Part shown: one piece after another, positions 46,227 to 55,381 of the stretch | Layout of the letters: each line of letters starts with the position of its first letter | Position numbering within the stretch: the first letter of the stretch is position 1 | Source: Gemmatimonadota bacterium | Lineage (GTDB): Bacteria > Gemmatimonadota > Gemmatimonadetes > Palauibacterales > Palauibacteraceae | Direction: 5' to 3' | Assembly: GCA_039586095.1 (NCBI GenBank) | Contig: JBDHLB010000003.1 | Span: 827 to 64,826, forward strand | Length of the DNA: 64,000 nt | The notes under the pieces: model-generated | What the model saw: only the letters and a program-made list of their open reading frames with translations | The model's database searches: none | Told to the model about the DNA's origin: nothing | Program-made: the position numbers and the translations under genes

Positions 46227-47576
46227 GTGCGACGCTCTTTGCTCATCGTCGATGATGACGACCGAATCCTGACCTCCCTGTCGGAAGCCCTCGCCGATGA
46301 GTCCACAGAGATACGGACTGCCCCGAGCGGGGAAGAGGCGCTCGCCCGACTGGCGGATGAGCCGGCAGGAATCGTCCTGGCCGACCTGAAGATGCCCGGG
46401 ATGAGCGGGATGGAGCTTCTCCGCATGCTGCGTGAGCGTATGTCCCGTGTGGACGTCGTCCTCATGACGGCCTACGACGATCTGCCGACCGTTGCAGAGG
46501 CGATGAGAGAGGGGGCGACCGACTTTTTGGTGAAGCCGCTCGACCTTCGGCACCTCCGGCGGGTGCTCGAGCGGGCTTGGGAGGACCGGGAGTCGCGGCA
46601 AGCGCCCGGTCATGCAGAGTCCCGGGCGGAGGCGTCCACCCGCATGGTGGGCCGGCATCCCGCGATGATCGAGGTCTTCAAGCTCATCGGGCAGGTGGCC
46701 GGAACGCGGACCACCGTCGTGATCCGGGGCGAGAGCGGGACGGGAAAGGAGTTGGTGGCCCGGGAGATCCACTTGAGCTCCGCCTATGCCTCGGAGCCCT
46801 TCGTGGCCGTGAACTGTACGGCTCTTCCGGCCACTCTCCTCGAGTCGGAGCTCTTCGGTCACGTTCGAGGGGCATTCACGGGAGCGACTTCCGACCGAAA
46901 GGGTCGCTTCGCACTTGCCGGCCGGGGCACGATCTTCCTGGACGAGATCGGCGACACGGCGCCCGAGTTCCAGGCGAAACTGCTCCGTGTCCTCCAGGAG
47001 CACGAGTTCTACCCGGTGGGTGCTGAAAGGCCCGAGCAATCGGAGGCTCGCGTGATCGCCGCCACGCACCGAGACCTGGAGGAGCTGGTCGAGCAGGGGC
47101 GCTTCCGCGAGGACCTCTACTATCGGCTCAGGGTGGTGGAGATCGTCCTGCCGCCGCTCCGTGAACGACCGGAGGACGTGCCGTTGCTCGCCGAGCACCT
47201 GATTCGGAAGGCCGCCGAAGAGCTGGAGAAGCCGGCGGTGATGCTCTCTTCCGAGGCCCTGCGCGCCGTTCAAGAGCACGATTGGCCAGGGAACGTGCGC
47301 GAGCTCGAGAACTGCCTTACCCGCGCGCTGGTCGCTGCTACCGGCGAGGTGGTCCGGCCCGAGCATCTGGGCTTTGGCGACCGGAAGGCGGAGGGGACGA
47401 CCGAGCTGGAAACGCTGGAGGCCGTAGAGAGGCAGCACGTGGCTCGAGTTCTGGAGTCGACCGGGGGGCACAAGTCCCGAACGGCAGAGATTCTGGGGAT
47501 TTCGAGGCCCCGCCTCGACCGTCTGATCCGCCGGTTCGACCTGAACCTATCGAAGGGCGATCGGGACGAGGACTGA
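46227..47576 (+). CDS. Sigma54-dependent response regulator (NtrC family enhancer-binding protein)
   Basis: Receiver domain (LLIVDDDD, VLADLKMPGMSG). AAA+ domain with GESGTGKE and the sigma54-contact loop GAFTGA. C-terminal HTH TAEILGISRPRLDRLIRRF. GTG 46227 lies 9 nt after GGAGG. Confidence 0.9.
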   Translation: MRRSLLIVDDDDRILTSLSEALADESTEIRTAPSGEEALARLADEPAGIVLADLKMPGMSGMELLRMLRERMSRVDVVLMTAYDDLPTVAEAMREGATDFLVKPLDLRHLRRVLERAWEDRESRQAPGHAESRAEASTRMVGRHPAMIEVFKLIGQVAGTRTTVVIRGESGTGKELVAREIHLSSAYASEPFVAVNCTALPATLLESELFGHVRGAFTGATSDRKGRFALAGRGTIFLDEIGDTAPEFQAKLLRVLQEHEFYPVGAERPEQSEARVIAATHRDLEELVEQGRFREDLYYRLRVVEIVLPPLRERPEDVPLLAEHLIRKAAEELEKPAVMLSSEALRAVQEHDWPGNVRELENCLTRALVAATGEVVRPEHLGFGDRKAEGTTELETLEAVERQHVARVLESTGGHKSRTAEILGISRPRLDRLIRRFDLNLSKGDRDED

Positions 47577-47580
47577 CCCC

Positions 47581-49281
47581 GTGCCTCGACTCTCCTTCCG
47601 CATCCGCATGCTTCTCGTGGTGCTCGTGGTAGGCATCGTGCCTCTCGTGATGCTCGGTCTGTGGTTGACCCGGACGGCCCCCCGGGCGGGCGAGCGGCTC
47701 CTCAGGACGCGTCTCGACGAGACCCTTGATCAGGCCGTGGCCCAAGTGGCGTCGCGGTGGATTTCCGAGCGCTCCGACCTCCTCTTCCTCGCCGACGAAG
47801 TCGAGGTGCAACGGATCCTGGAGCGGCTGGGCACGCGCGCCTCGGAACCAGCCGGGGTCGAGCCGCCCTCCAGTCTCAAGGATCGCTTCGAGGAGCTCGC
47901 GCCCTCCGTTCTGGCTGTTTCGGTGGTCAGCTCGGAGGACGTCCGACTGGTCTCGGTTGAGCGCTCTCCGGTCGGATCTCGGTGGTTGGACGCGGGCGAG
48001 CCTCTGCCGCTGGGTGTGGTGGTCGATATGGGGATCTATGCGGCCGGGGACGGAAGTCGTCTGGGGACCTTGCGCGCCGTGTTGGATCCACAAGCGCTGC
48101 TGAGCCCCGGTGCGCTCCCCCCGACGACCGCCGGTCTTGTGCTGGCGGCCTTCGATCCGTCGAGCGGTGCGTCCCTGCTTCCTTTGCCGTTAGAGCCGGA
48201 GCTGTTCGACACTCCCAGTTTCGAGTGGCAGACGGAGCGCTGGCTCAGCACGAGGCGCATCCTCGGGGAGCCACCGCTGATCCTGGCTGTCGCGGCTCCC
48301 CTGACCCCGTTCATCGCTCCCTTCGAGGTCGTTGCGAGGCAAGGCACGTGGCTCCTGCTCGCCGTCGCGATCGCGGGTCTTGGGCTCGTCGCGCTGCTCA
48401 CGCGTCGCATGACCCGCAGACTGGCACATCTTTCGGAAGCGGCGCAGGCGGTCGCCGGTGGGGACCTGGACCGCCGCATCGAGCCCGAGGGGAGGGACGA
48501 GGTGGGCCGCGTGGCCCACGCCTTCAACACGATGGCCGAGAGCCTGCGCCGAACTCTGGCCGAATTGACCCAGAAGGAGTCGCTGGCGGCGGTCGGCGAG
48601 TTCGCCGCGACTCTCGCGCACGAGGTGCGGAACCCGCTCACGGCGATCCGCATCGACCTGCAGTACGTGGAGGAGGGTCTTCCCGGCGAATCGCCCCTCC
48701 GAACACCTCAGTCCCGGGCTCTGCGGGAAGTCGCGCGGCTGGACGATACCGTCTCGCGGACCCTCGAGGTTGCCCGCAGCGGGCGGATCCGCCCCCGGCC
48801 GATCGACCTGAGAGAACCCGTGCACGCTGCCGTAAGGGCGGCTCGCCCGCTGCTCGACGAGAAAGCGGCATCGCTCTCTGCGGAGTGTGGCCCGGATCCG
48901 ATCGACGCGATAGGTGATTCCGGCGCACTGGAGCAGCTCTTCCTGAACCTGCTACGGAACGCGTTAGAAGCGCTTGAGACCGGCGGGGCGGTGAGCGTGG
49001 AGCTGTCAGTCGACGGAGAGGACGCACTGGTCACGGTAACCGATGACGGTTGCGGAATGCCGGCTGAGGTGCGCGAGCGCATTTTCGAGCCCTTCTTCAG
49101 CACGCGCGTGGAAGGGACCGGACTGGGTCTTCCCATCTCCCGCCGGATTGCCGTGGTCCACGGAGGCAACCTGGCTGTGGAGAGCGAACCGGGAGCCGGT
49201 ACGAAGGTGACCGTGCGTCTCCCGACACTCGCCCCTTCCGCTGGCGAGAAGAACTCGAAGGTGCCCCCGGACATCCTGTAA
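47581..49281 (+). CDS. Sensor histidine kinase (periplasmic sensor, HAMP, HisKA, HATPase)
   Basis: Two TM helices flank a ~230-aa sensor domain. HAMP (AVAGGDLDRRIE), H-box FAATLAHEVRNPLTAI, DDGCGMP, GTGLGLPISRRI. It starts 4 nt after the regulator gene. Confidence 0.9.
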   Translation: MPRLSFRIRMLLVVLVVGIVPLVMLGLWLTRTAPRAGERLLRTRLDETLDQAVAQVASRWISERSDLLFLADEVEVQRILERLGTRASEPAGVEPPSSLKDRFEELAPSVLAVSVVSSEDVRLVSVERSPVGSRWLDAGEPLPLGVVVDMGIYAAGDGSRLGTLRAVLDPQALLSPGALPPTTAGLVLAAFDPSSGASLLPLPLEPELFDTPSFEWQTERWLSTRRILGEPPLILAVAAPLTPFIAPFEVVARQGTWLLLAVAIAGLGLVALLTRRMTRRLAHLSEAAQAVAGGDLDRRIEPEGRDEVGRVAHAFNTMAESLRRTLAELTQKESLAAVGEFAATLAHEVRNPLTAIRIDLQYVEEGLPGESPLRTPQSRALREVARLDDTVSRTLEVARSGRIRPRPIDLREPVHAAVRAARPLLDEKAASLSAECGPDPIDAIGDSGALEQLFLNLLRNALEALETGGAVSVELSVDGEDALVTVTDDGCGMPAEVRERIFEPFFSTRVEGTGLGLPISRRIAVVHGGNLAVESEPGAGTKVTVRLPTLAPSAGEKNSKVPPDIL

Positions 49282-49358
49282 CGTCCTGGCGTCCCGCTGC
49301 AACGAACCGTTACACGCCCCGTCTGCCCGCGTCAGCCACTCAAGAGGGCAATCATCTG

Positions 49359-49375
49359 CTGGTAAACGAGTTGCG
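49359..49375 (+). promoter_or_regulatory. Candidate sigma54 (-24/-12) promoter CTGGTAAACGAGTTGCG
   Basis: GG at 49361-49362 and GC at 49373-49374 have the canonical 12-nt offset. TGG-N9-TTGC matches the TGGCAC-N5-TTGC core. The site lies 95 nt upstream of ATG 49469 and directly downstream of the EBP/kinase pair. Confidence 0.4.
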
Positions 49376-49468
49376 GGATTCGGTCGAGCTGGCCCCGGAG
49401 TTGAAGTGGAAAAGGGCGAAGGTTGAAGCGGCAGTGCGCGGCCCAGTCCCGAGCCCGAGGAGGTTGCC

Positions 49469-51403
49469 ATGAGAACCCCGATCACCAGAAGCTGGCCGTT
49501 TCTGATTCCTGGCCTCCCCATCCTGATGATCATCGGAGTGCTGGTCGGGGGAGCCGCGACGGCCCGACCGGCCGGGGAACCAGCAGGCGGAAGGTGGATT
49601 CCTGAGACGTACGCCTCCGCAGATCAAGATCCCGTCTTCCGCCGCGTGTGGGTGGGTAGCGAGCCGGACTTCTACGCCTCGGCCCCCTCGCCCGACGGCC
49701 GCTACTTGACCGACATCGATTGGATCACAGGGGATCTGGCGGTCCTCGATCTCGAGTCCGGGAAGCTTAGAAGGGTCACGGACAAAGGCTCCTGGAACGA
49801 GCGCATCGAATGGGCCGAGTCCTCGACCTTCTCTCCCGACGGGCGCCGCATAGCCTACAACTACTGGAGCGAGCCGAGCGACGGTTACGAGATCCGGGCG
49901 ATCGACTTCGACGGCCGGAACGAGCGGGTCGTGTTTCCCCACCGGAAAGGATTCAATTACGCGATGGTGGAGGACTGGTCGGCCGACGGAGAGTGGATCC
50001 TCGCGACGCTCTGGTGGAGTGATTCGGAAGCCGGTTCCGAGGAAGTGAATCGGGCGGAGATCGCCCTCGTTTCATCGGAGACTGGAGAGCGACGTGTGTT
50101 GAAAACCGTCCCTTCGGAGGAAGCACCCGAAATGGCGGTCTTCTCTCCGGATGACCGATTCGTCGCCTACGATCTGCCTCGCAAGGGGGACGTCGAGAAC
50201 TACGACATTCACGTGCTTCGACTCGACGATGGGCAAGAGACGACCGTGCTGGGCGGACCGACCGACGATCGGCTGATGGGGTGGAGCCCGGACGGGGCCG
50301 GTCTCGTCTTTTACAGCGATCGTGAGATGACCCAGGGAATCTGGCGCCTGGCGATCGATGGTCAGCGCGCGGTGGGCGAGCCCACGCTCGTGAAGACCGA
50401 CGTCTGGGGACTGTATCCGATCGGATTCTCGAGAAGTACCTACTTCTACGGGGTCGAGGTCGAGAGACCGCAGGTGCACACGGCCTCGATCGACGTGGCG
50501 GCCGGGACCGTGCTGACTCAGCCGGCGCCCGTTGCGGACCCCGCCGACTCCCGCCGGACGCGAAGCGCCGTCTGGTCACCGGACGGGAGGAGCCTCGCCT
50601 ATTTCGAGTTTGAGGAGGGCCAGCGAAACATGCGTACGCTCGTGATTCGCTCTCACGCCACGGGAGACCGCCGGGAGATCCCGGTGGAACTCCAGGTGGT
50701 GAGGGCCGTCCAGTGGGCTCCGGATGGGGGGGGCTTGATCGTGATAGGACGTGCTTTCGGAGCCCAGGGGCAGAGCTACTACCGCGTGGACCTGCGGAGT
50801 GGGGCGCTGGATGAGTTCTCGTGGCCTGTCCCCCCCGGGGCTCAAGTGGCCACGGTCGCGGATGACGGAACCGTATACTACCGCCATGGGGCCGAAGGGG
50901 AGTACTGGGAATCCAGTCTCCGCGCGGTCGATCCCACCACGAGTGCCGTGCGCGTCGTGCTGGAGGGGAAGGCGCTGGGTAGACCGGTCCTGTCCCCGGA
51001 TCAGAACAAGATCGCCATCGGAGAATACGATCGGGAAACTGGGGTCTTTCGATTGCTCACCGTACCGGTGTCCGGGGGGGCGCCGCGCGAGCTTCCGGTG
51101 CAGGGCATCCCTCAAGGCTTCGTACCGTCACAGGGTGTCTTCGCCTGGACGCCGGACGGTGAGTATCTGCTGATGGCGGCCTGGAACGAGACGACGAACG
51201 AAGCGGTCCTCCTTCGCCTTCCGAGCACTGGCGGCACCGCGACGGTCCTCCTTCGCCGCGCGCCGGGCGAGCAGATCGGAGAGCCAAGTCTGAGTCCCGA
51301 TGGCCGCCGTATCGCGTTCATCTCCGGTCAGTTTCGGGGCGAGATCTGGCGCATCCAGAACCTGCCGGGGACCCTTCCTCCAGTGAAGGCGACGGCCCGG
51401 TAG
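49469..51403 (+). CDS. TolB-like (PD40/WD40-like) beta-propeller repeat protein
   Basis: GAGGAGG RBS and an N-terminal TM/signal sequence. Repeated motifs: FSPDGRRIAY, WSPDGAGLVFYSD, WSPDGRSLAYF, LSPDQNKIAI, WTPDGEYLLM, LSPDGRRIAFIS. Confidence 0.8.
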   Translation: MRTPITRSWPFLIPGLPILMIIGVLVGGAATARPAGEPAGGRWIPETYASADQDPVFRRVWVGSEPDFYASAPSPDGRYLTDIDWITGDLAVLDLESGKLRRVTDKGSWNERIEWAESSTFSPDGRRIAYNYWSEPSDGYEIRAIDFDGRNERVVFPHRKGFNYAMVEDWSADGEWILATLWWSDSEAGSEEVNRAEIALVSSETGERRVLKTVPSEEAPEMAVFSPDDRFVAYDLPRKGDVENYDIHVLRLDDGQETTVLGGPTDDRLMGWSPDGAGLVFYSDREMTQGIWRLAIDGQRAVGEPTLVKTDVWGLYPIGFSRSTYFYGVEVERPQVHTASIDVAAGTVLTQPAPVADPADSRRTRSAVWSPDGRSLAYFEFEEGQRNMRTLVIRSHATGDRREIPVELQVVRAVQWAPDGGGLIVIGRAFGAQGQSYYRVDLRSGALDEFSWPVPPGAQVATVADDGTVYYRHGAEGEYWESSLRAVDPTTSAVRVVLEGKALGRPVLSPDQNKIAIGEYDRETGVFRLLTVPVSGGAPRELPVQGIPQGFVPSQGVFAWTPDGEYLLMAAWNETTNEAVLLRLPSTGGTATVLLRRAPGEQIGEPSLSPDGRRIAFISGQFRGEIWRIQNLPGTLPPVKATAR

Positions 51404-51425
51404 GAGTCGGTTCAGGAGGAGACAA

Positions 51426-51462
51426 CGGCCCGGGCGGCTACATGCCTCCCGGGCCGCTTTTT
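51426..51462 (+). terminator. Rho-independent terminator
   Basis: A perfect 9-bp stem, CGGCCCGGG (51426-51434) / CCCGGGCCG (51448-51456), with a 13-nt loop, followed by C and TTTTT (51458-51462). Confidence 0.6.
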
Positions 51463-51595
51463 GGCCCCGAATCTCCGTCCGTTCTGCATGACCCTGTTCC
51501 GGCCCAAGAAGCACCATTCAAGACCCGTTGGACCGCCCCGAAAAACAGCTGCAACTTGCGGGCACAGCCTGCGCCCGAGACAATACGCGCCTCTT

Positions 51596-54500
51596 GTGCG
51601 CAACGTTTGGCGAGGTTTCCGCTTGCTGAAGAGACTGTTCTCTCTCCTGGTCCTGATCGCTACGGGTTCGATCTCCTGCTCGTCGCCTCCACCGCCGGAG
51701 TGGCAGGAAGCCGACGGGTATCGGTGGCGCGAGCTTCGCGTTCCGGCCCGAGGCGAGACCGGTTTCACACGCATGAGGCCCTCCAGGACGGGGATCGAGT
51801 TCGAAAACACGCTCGATATCGAGCGTGTCCTGGACAACGAGCATCTCCTCTCGGGCTCTGGAGTGGCTCTGGGGGATGTGGACGGTGACGGCCTCACCGA
51901 CGTCTACCTGAATCGTCTGCAGGGACCGAATCGTCTCTTCAGGAATCTGGGCGACTGGCGGTTCGAGGACGTGACGGAGTTGGCCGGGGTCGCCGCCGAC
52001 GACCGCTATTCCACCGGCGCCGTGCTGGCGGATGTCGACGGTGATGGCGATCTGGATCTGCTGCTCACCTCGCTTGCAGGGCCCGACGCCGTCCACCTGA
52101 ACGACGGTGAGGCTCGGTTCACCGAGTTGACCACCGCCGGTCTCGCCCCCGACCTCGGAAGCACCACGATGACCTTGGCCGATGTCGACGCGGACGGCGA
52201 TCTGGACCTCTACCTCGCGGCCTACAAGGCCGAGAGCGCCAGCGACGTCCTCCGCATGCTCGAACGCTCGCCGACCGAGATCGTGGACCGGGGGGGCGAT
52301 TCGGTCGTCGTGGCAGACGAGTTCCGCGACCATTACCGGATCGAGGAGCGGAGAGGTATGAGCGTGGCCGTCGAGCAGGCCGAGCCCGATCGGCTCTACC
52401 TGAACGACGGTACGGGCAGGTTCGAGCCGGTCTCCTGGACCGAGGGCGCGTTCCTGGACGATCAGGGCCGACCCCTGGAGCGCGAGATCGACGATTTCGG
52501 GCTGTCCGCTCGCTTCTTCGATGTGGATCGAGACGGGGATCCCGACCTCTACGTGTGCAACGATTTCGATGACCCCGATCAGCTCTGGATCAACCAGGGG
52601 GATGGTACGTTTCGCGCCGCGCCCGCGCTCTCGCTGCGAACGTCCAGCCATGCGTCCATGTCTGTCGACTTCGCCGACATTGACCGGGACGGCTGGGTCG
52701 ACTTCTTCGTGGCCGAGATGCTCGCCTTCGACCCCCAGCGACGCCTCGTACAGATCCCGCTTCACGGACCCATTCGGAAACCCATCGGGGTGATCGACGA
52801 CCGACCCCAGGCGCACCGGAACACCGTCTTTCTGAACCGGGGGGACGGCAGCTTCGCCCAGATCTCCGAGCTGGCCGGGCTGGAAGCGTCGGGGTGGACG
52901 TGGGGCTCGATGTTCCTCGATGTCGATCTGGATGGCTTCGAGGACCTTCTGCTGGCCAACGGCTACTCACGGGACACCCAGCACGGAGACGAGGTCGACC
53001 GGGTGAGCGCAGTCCTGAGCCGCTCGACCACACGGGACATGAAGTTCCTCTATCGCGAGCTGAAGACGAGGAATCTGGCTTTCCGCAACCAGGGGGACCT
53101 CACCTTCGACGAGGTGGGGGAGGAGTGGGACTTCGGCACCGAGGACGACATTTCGCATGGCATGGCGGCCGGCGACCTGGATGGGGACGGCGACCTGGAT
53201 GTGGTAATGAACCGTTTGGGGGCTCCGGCCAAGGTGCTCCGCAACGATGCGACGCAGGCACGCGTGGCGGTGAGGCTGCGGGGGAACGCCGGCAACACGC
53301 GGGGCGTGGGTGCCAAAGTTCGCTTGCTTGGCGGGGCCGCACCGTTCCAGGAAAGGGAGATGACGGCCGGGGGCCTCTACCTGTCCGGCTCGGCACCGCA
53401 GCTCACCTTCGCCGCGGGCGAGGCCGACTCCCTGACCCTCGAAGTCGACTGGCCGGGCGGGGGCCGGTCCGTCGTCGACGGAGTGCGCCCGAATCGACTC
53501 TACGAGGTGTGGGAGAGGGAGCCACTGGCGATCGTCGATTCCGGCGACGAGTCCCTTGGCGATGCAGGTGACAGCGACGTTGACGAAGACGTTGACGAGG
53601 CAGGGCCAACTCCTCTCTTCGCGGACCGATCGCACCTGCTGGATCACACGCATCCGGAGGAAGCCTACGAAGATTTTCTCTTTCAGCCCCTGCTCCCGTA
53701 TCAGCCCAGCCGGTTGGGTCCGGGGGTGAGCTGGATCGACGTCGACGCCGATGGGGACCCGGATCTCGTGGTGCCTCCCGGGAGCGGAGGCCGCCTCGGC
53801 TACCTGCGTAACGACGGAGATCGGTTCACCGAGGTGATGCTGGAAGACGCCGAATCGGCTCGCGACCGTACGACGGTGTTAGCGGTTCCCGGGTCCCGAG
53901 GCAGGTCGGTTCTATTGGTGGGTCAAGCGGCGTACGAGCCCATGACGCCGGAAGAGGCTGCGGGCGTTCCTGCCGTCCTGCGAGTGGAGCCTGAAGCTCC
54001 GGCCGCGGCACCCGTGCCGGTGGCCGAGGGTGCGCTCACCAGGGCCGGTCCCCTGGCCCTGGCGGATGTGGAGGGGGACGGAGATCTCGACCTGTTCGTG
54101 GGGGGGCGAGTGATCCCGGCTTTCTACCCCCTGCCGGGCTCGTCCCGGCTCCTCCTGAACGAGGAAGGCGATTTCCGACCGGACAGCGAGAGTGAGCTCG
54201 TCCTCAAGGACATCGGGCTGGTCTCGGCGGCTGTCTTCTCTGACGTGGATGCAGATGGCGACCCGGATCTCCTCCTGGCGCTGGAGTGGGGGCCGATCCG
54301 CCTGTTAATGAACGACGGGGGCCGTTTCTCCGAAGCGACGGAGACGTGGGGGCTCGAGAACCTCCAGGGGCGCTGGAACGGCATCACGACGGGAGACCTG
54401 GACGGCGATGGGCGCATGGACGTGGTGGTGACGGGGTGGGGGAGCAACCTGCGGCACCGACCTCGACCGGGACGCCCGCTCGTCTTGTACCACGGCGATC

Positions 54501-55354
54501 TCGACCGTAACGGCTCGTGGGATCTATTGCTGGTCCAGCCGGACCGAGACGGCCGGGAGCTGCGTCCTGCGGAGAGCTACGAGCGTCTGAGAGCCGCCGT
54601 ACCGTCGGTCCGCGCCCGTGTGCCCGGTTACGAAGCATACAGCGAAGCATCTCTGGAGGAGATCCTTGGCTCTCATCCAGACCAGATCGCCCGCAGGGTA
54701 GCCCGGCGCTACGAACACCTCCTGCTGCTCAACCAAGGCGATCGCTTCGACCCGGTCCCGCTTCCACTCGAGTCGCAGTTCGCCCCGGCCATGGGCGTCG
54801 CCGTCGCCGACCTGGATGGAGATGGCCACGAGGATGTGTTTCTGAGCCAGAACTTCTTTCCGACACGGCTCGACCACCCCCGACACGACGCCGGCCTCGG
54901 TTTGGTGCTTCGTGGCGATGGGAGAGGGGGATTGGAGGCCGTGCCCGCTTCTGTCTCCGGCATTCGGGTCTACGGGGATCAACGGGGGGCCGCCGTGGCC
55001 GACTACGACGGGGACGGCCGAGTGGATCTGGCCGTGGCACAGAACGGCGCTGCGACGCGACTGTTTAAAAATGTGGGTGCGAAACCGGGACTGCGGGTTC
55101 GTCTCGAGGGGCCCGAGGACAACCCCGACGGGATCGGAGCGGTCATTCGGGTCGCGTACGCCGACGGGCTGGGTCCGGCCCGCGAGGTCCATGGAGGATC
55201 GGGGTACTGGTCACTGAACCACGTGGTCCAGGTGCTGGGTCTCGAAGGCGAGCCGGTCGAGGTCCGGGTGCGGTGGCCGGGGGGGGGCGAGAGCACGACT
55301 CCCGTGCACGCGGGTGCCAGCGAAGTGACCGTCCGGTGGCCGGGAGCCGACTAG
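51596..55354 (+). CDS. Large CRTAC1-family protein: two tandem FG-GAP/VCBS repeat + ASPIC/UnbV modules
   Basis: Many DVDGDGDLDL-type Ca-binding FG-GAP loops. There are two ASPIC/UnbV-like segments (VAVRLRGNAGNTRGVGAKVRL... and GLRVRLEGPEDNPDGIGAVIRV...). No ATG lies near the signal-like LFSLLVLIATGSISCSS, so in-frame GTG 51596 is chosen. The ORF track lists 51461. Confidence 0.78.
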   Translation: MRNVWRGFRLLKRLFSLLVLIATGSISCSSPPPPEWQEADGYRWRELRVPARGETGFTRMRPSRTGIEFENTLDIERVLDNEHLLSGSGVALGDVDGDGLTDVYLNRLQGPNRLFRNLGDWRFEDVTELAGVAADDRYSTGAVLADVDGDGDLDLLLTSLAGPDAVHLNDGEARFTELTTAGLAPDLGSTTMTLADVDADGDLDLYLAAYKAESASDVLRMLERSPTEIVDRGGDSVVVADEFRDHYRIEERRGMSVAVEQAEPDRLYLNDGTGRFEPVSWTEGAFLDDQGRPLEREIDDFGLSARFFDVDRDGDPDLYVCNDFDDPDQLWINQGDGTFRAAPALSLRTSSHASMSVDFADIDRDGWVDFFVAEMLAFDPQRRLVQIPLHGPIRKPIGVIDDRPQAHRNTVFLNRGDGSFAQISELAGLEASGWTWGSMFLDVDLDGFEDLLLANGYSRDTQHGDEVDRVSAVLSRSTTRDMKFLYRELKTRNLAFRNQGDLTFDEVGEEWDFGTEDDISHGMAAGDLDGDGDLDVVMNRLGAPAKVLRNDATQARVAVRLRGNAGNTRGVGAKVRLLGGAAPFQEREMTAGGLYLSGSAPQLTFAAGEADSLTLEVDWPGGGRSVVDGVRPNRLYEVWEREPLAIVDSGDESLGDAGDSDVDEDVDEAGPTPLFADRSHLLDHTHPEEAYEDFLFQPLLPYQPSRLGPGVSWIDVDADGDPDLVVPPGSGGRLGYLRNDGDRFTEVMLEDAESARDRTTVLAVPGSRGRSVLLVGQAAYEPMTPEEAAGVPAVLRVEPEAPAAAPVPVAEGALTRAGPLALADVEGDGDLDLFVGGRVIPAFYPLPGSSRLLLNEEGDFRPDSESELVLKDIGLVSAAVFSDVDADGDPDLLLALEWGPIRLLMNDGGRFSEATETWGLENLQGRWNGITTGDLDGDGRMDVVVTGWGSNLRHRPRPGRPLVLYHGDLDRNGSWDLLLVQPDRDGRELRPAESYERLRAAVPSVRARVPGYEAYSEASLEEILGSHPDQIARRVARRYEHLLLLNQGDRFDPVPLPLESQFAPAMGVAVADLDGDGHEDVFLSQNFFPTRLDHPRHDAGLGLVLRGDGRGGLEAVPASVSGIRVYGDQRGAAVADYDGDGRVDLAVAQNGAATRLFKNVGAKPGLRVRLEGPEDNPDGIGAVIRVAYADGLGPAREVHGGSGYWSLNHVVQVLGLEGEPVEVRVRWPGGGESTTPVHAGASEVTVRWPGAD

Positions 55355-55381
55355 CCGAGTCGATTTCGTCACCGAACACGC

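Noticed and set aside
46185-47471. 428-aa minus-strand ORF opposite the NtrC-type regulator. Similar cases are 51518-52816 and 55622-56635 opposite the CRTAC1 genes and 59432-60184 opposite the TetR gene.
   Set aside because: They are antisense shadows, and the sense strands carry unambiguous Walker, GAFTGA, FG-GAP and HTH motifs.
51463-51595. Second sigma54 promoter upstream of the large CRTAC1 gene. I also checked 57605-57827 (for the minus-strand CRTAC1 gene), 46043-46226 and 20951-21072.
   Set aside because: The TGG...GC candidates found (for example TGGCACGCCGGGCAC at about 21003 and TGGCTTGGCCTGCG at about 57726) have 10-nt rather than 12-nt GG-to-GC spacing or lack TTGC.
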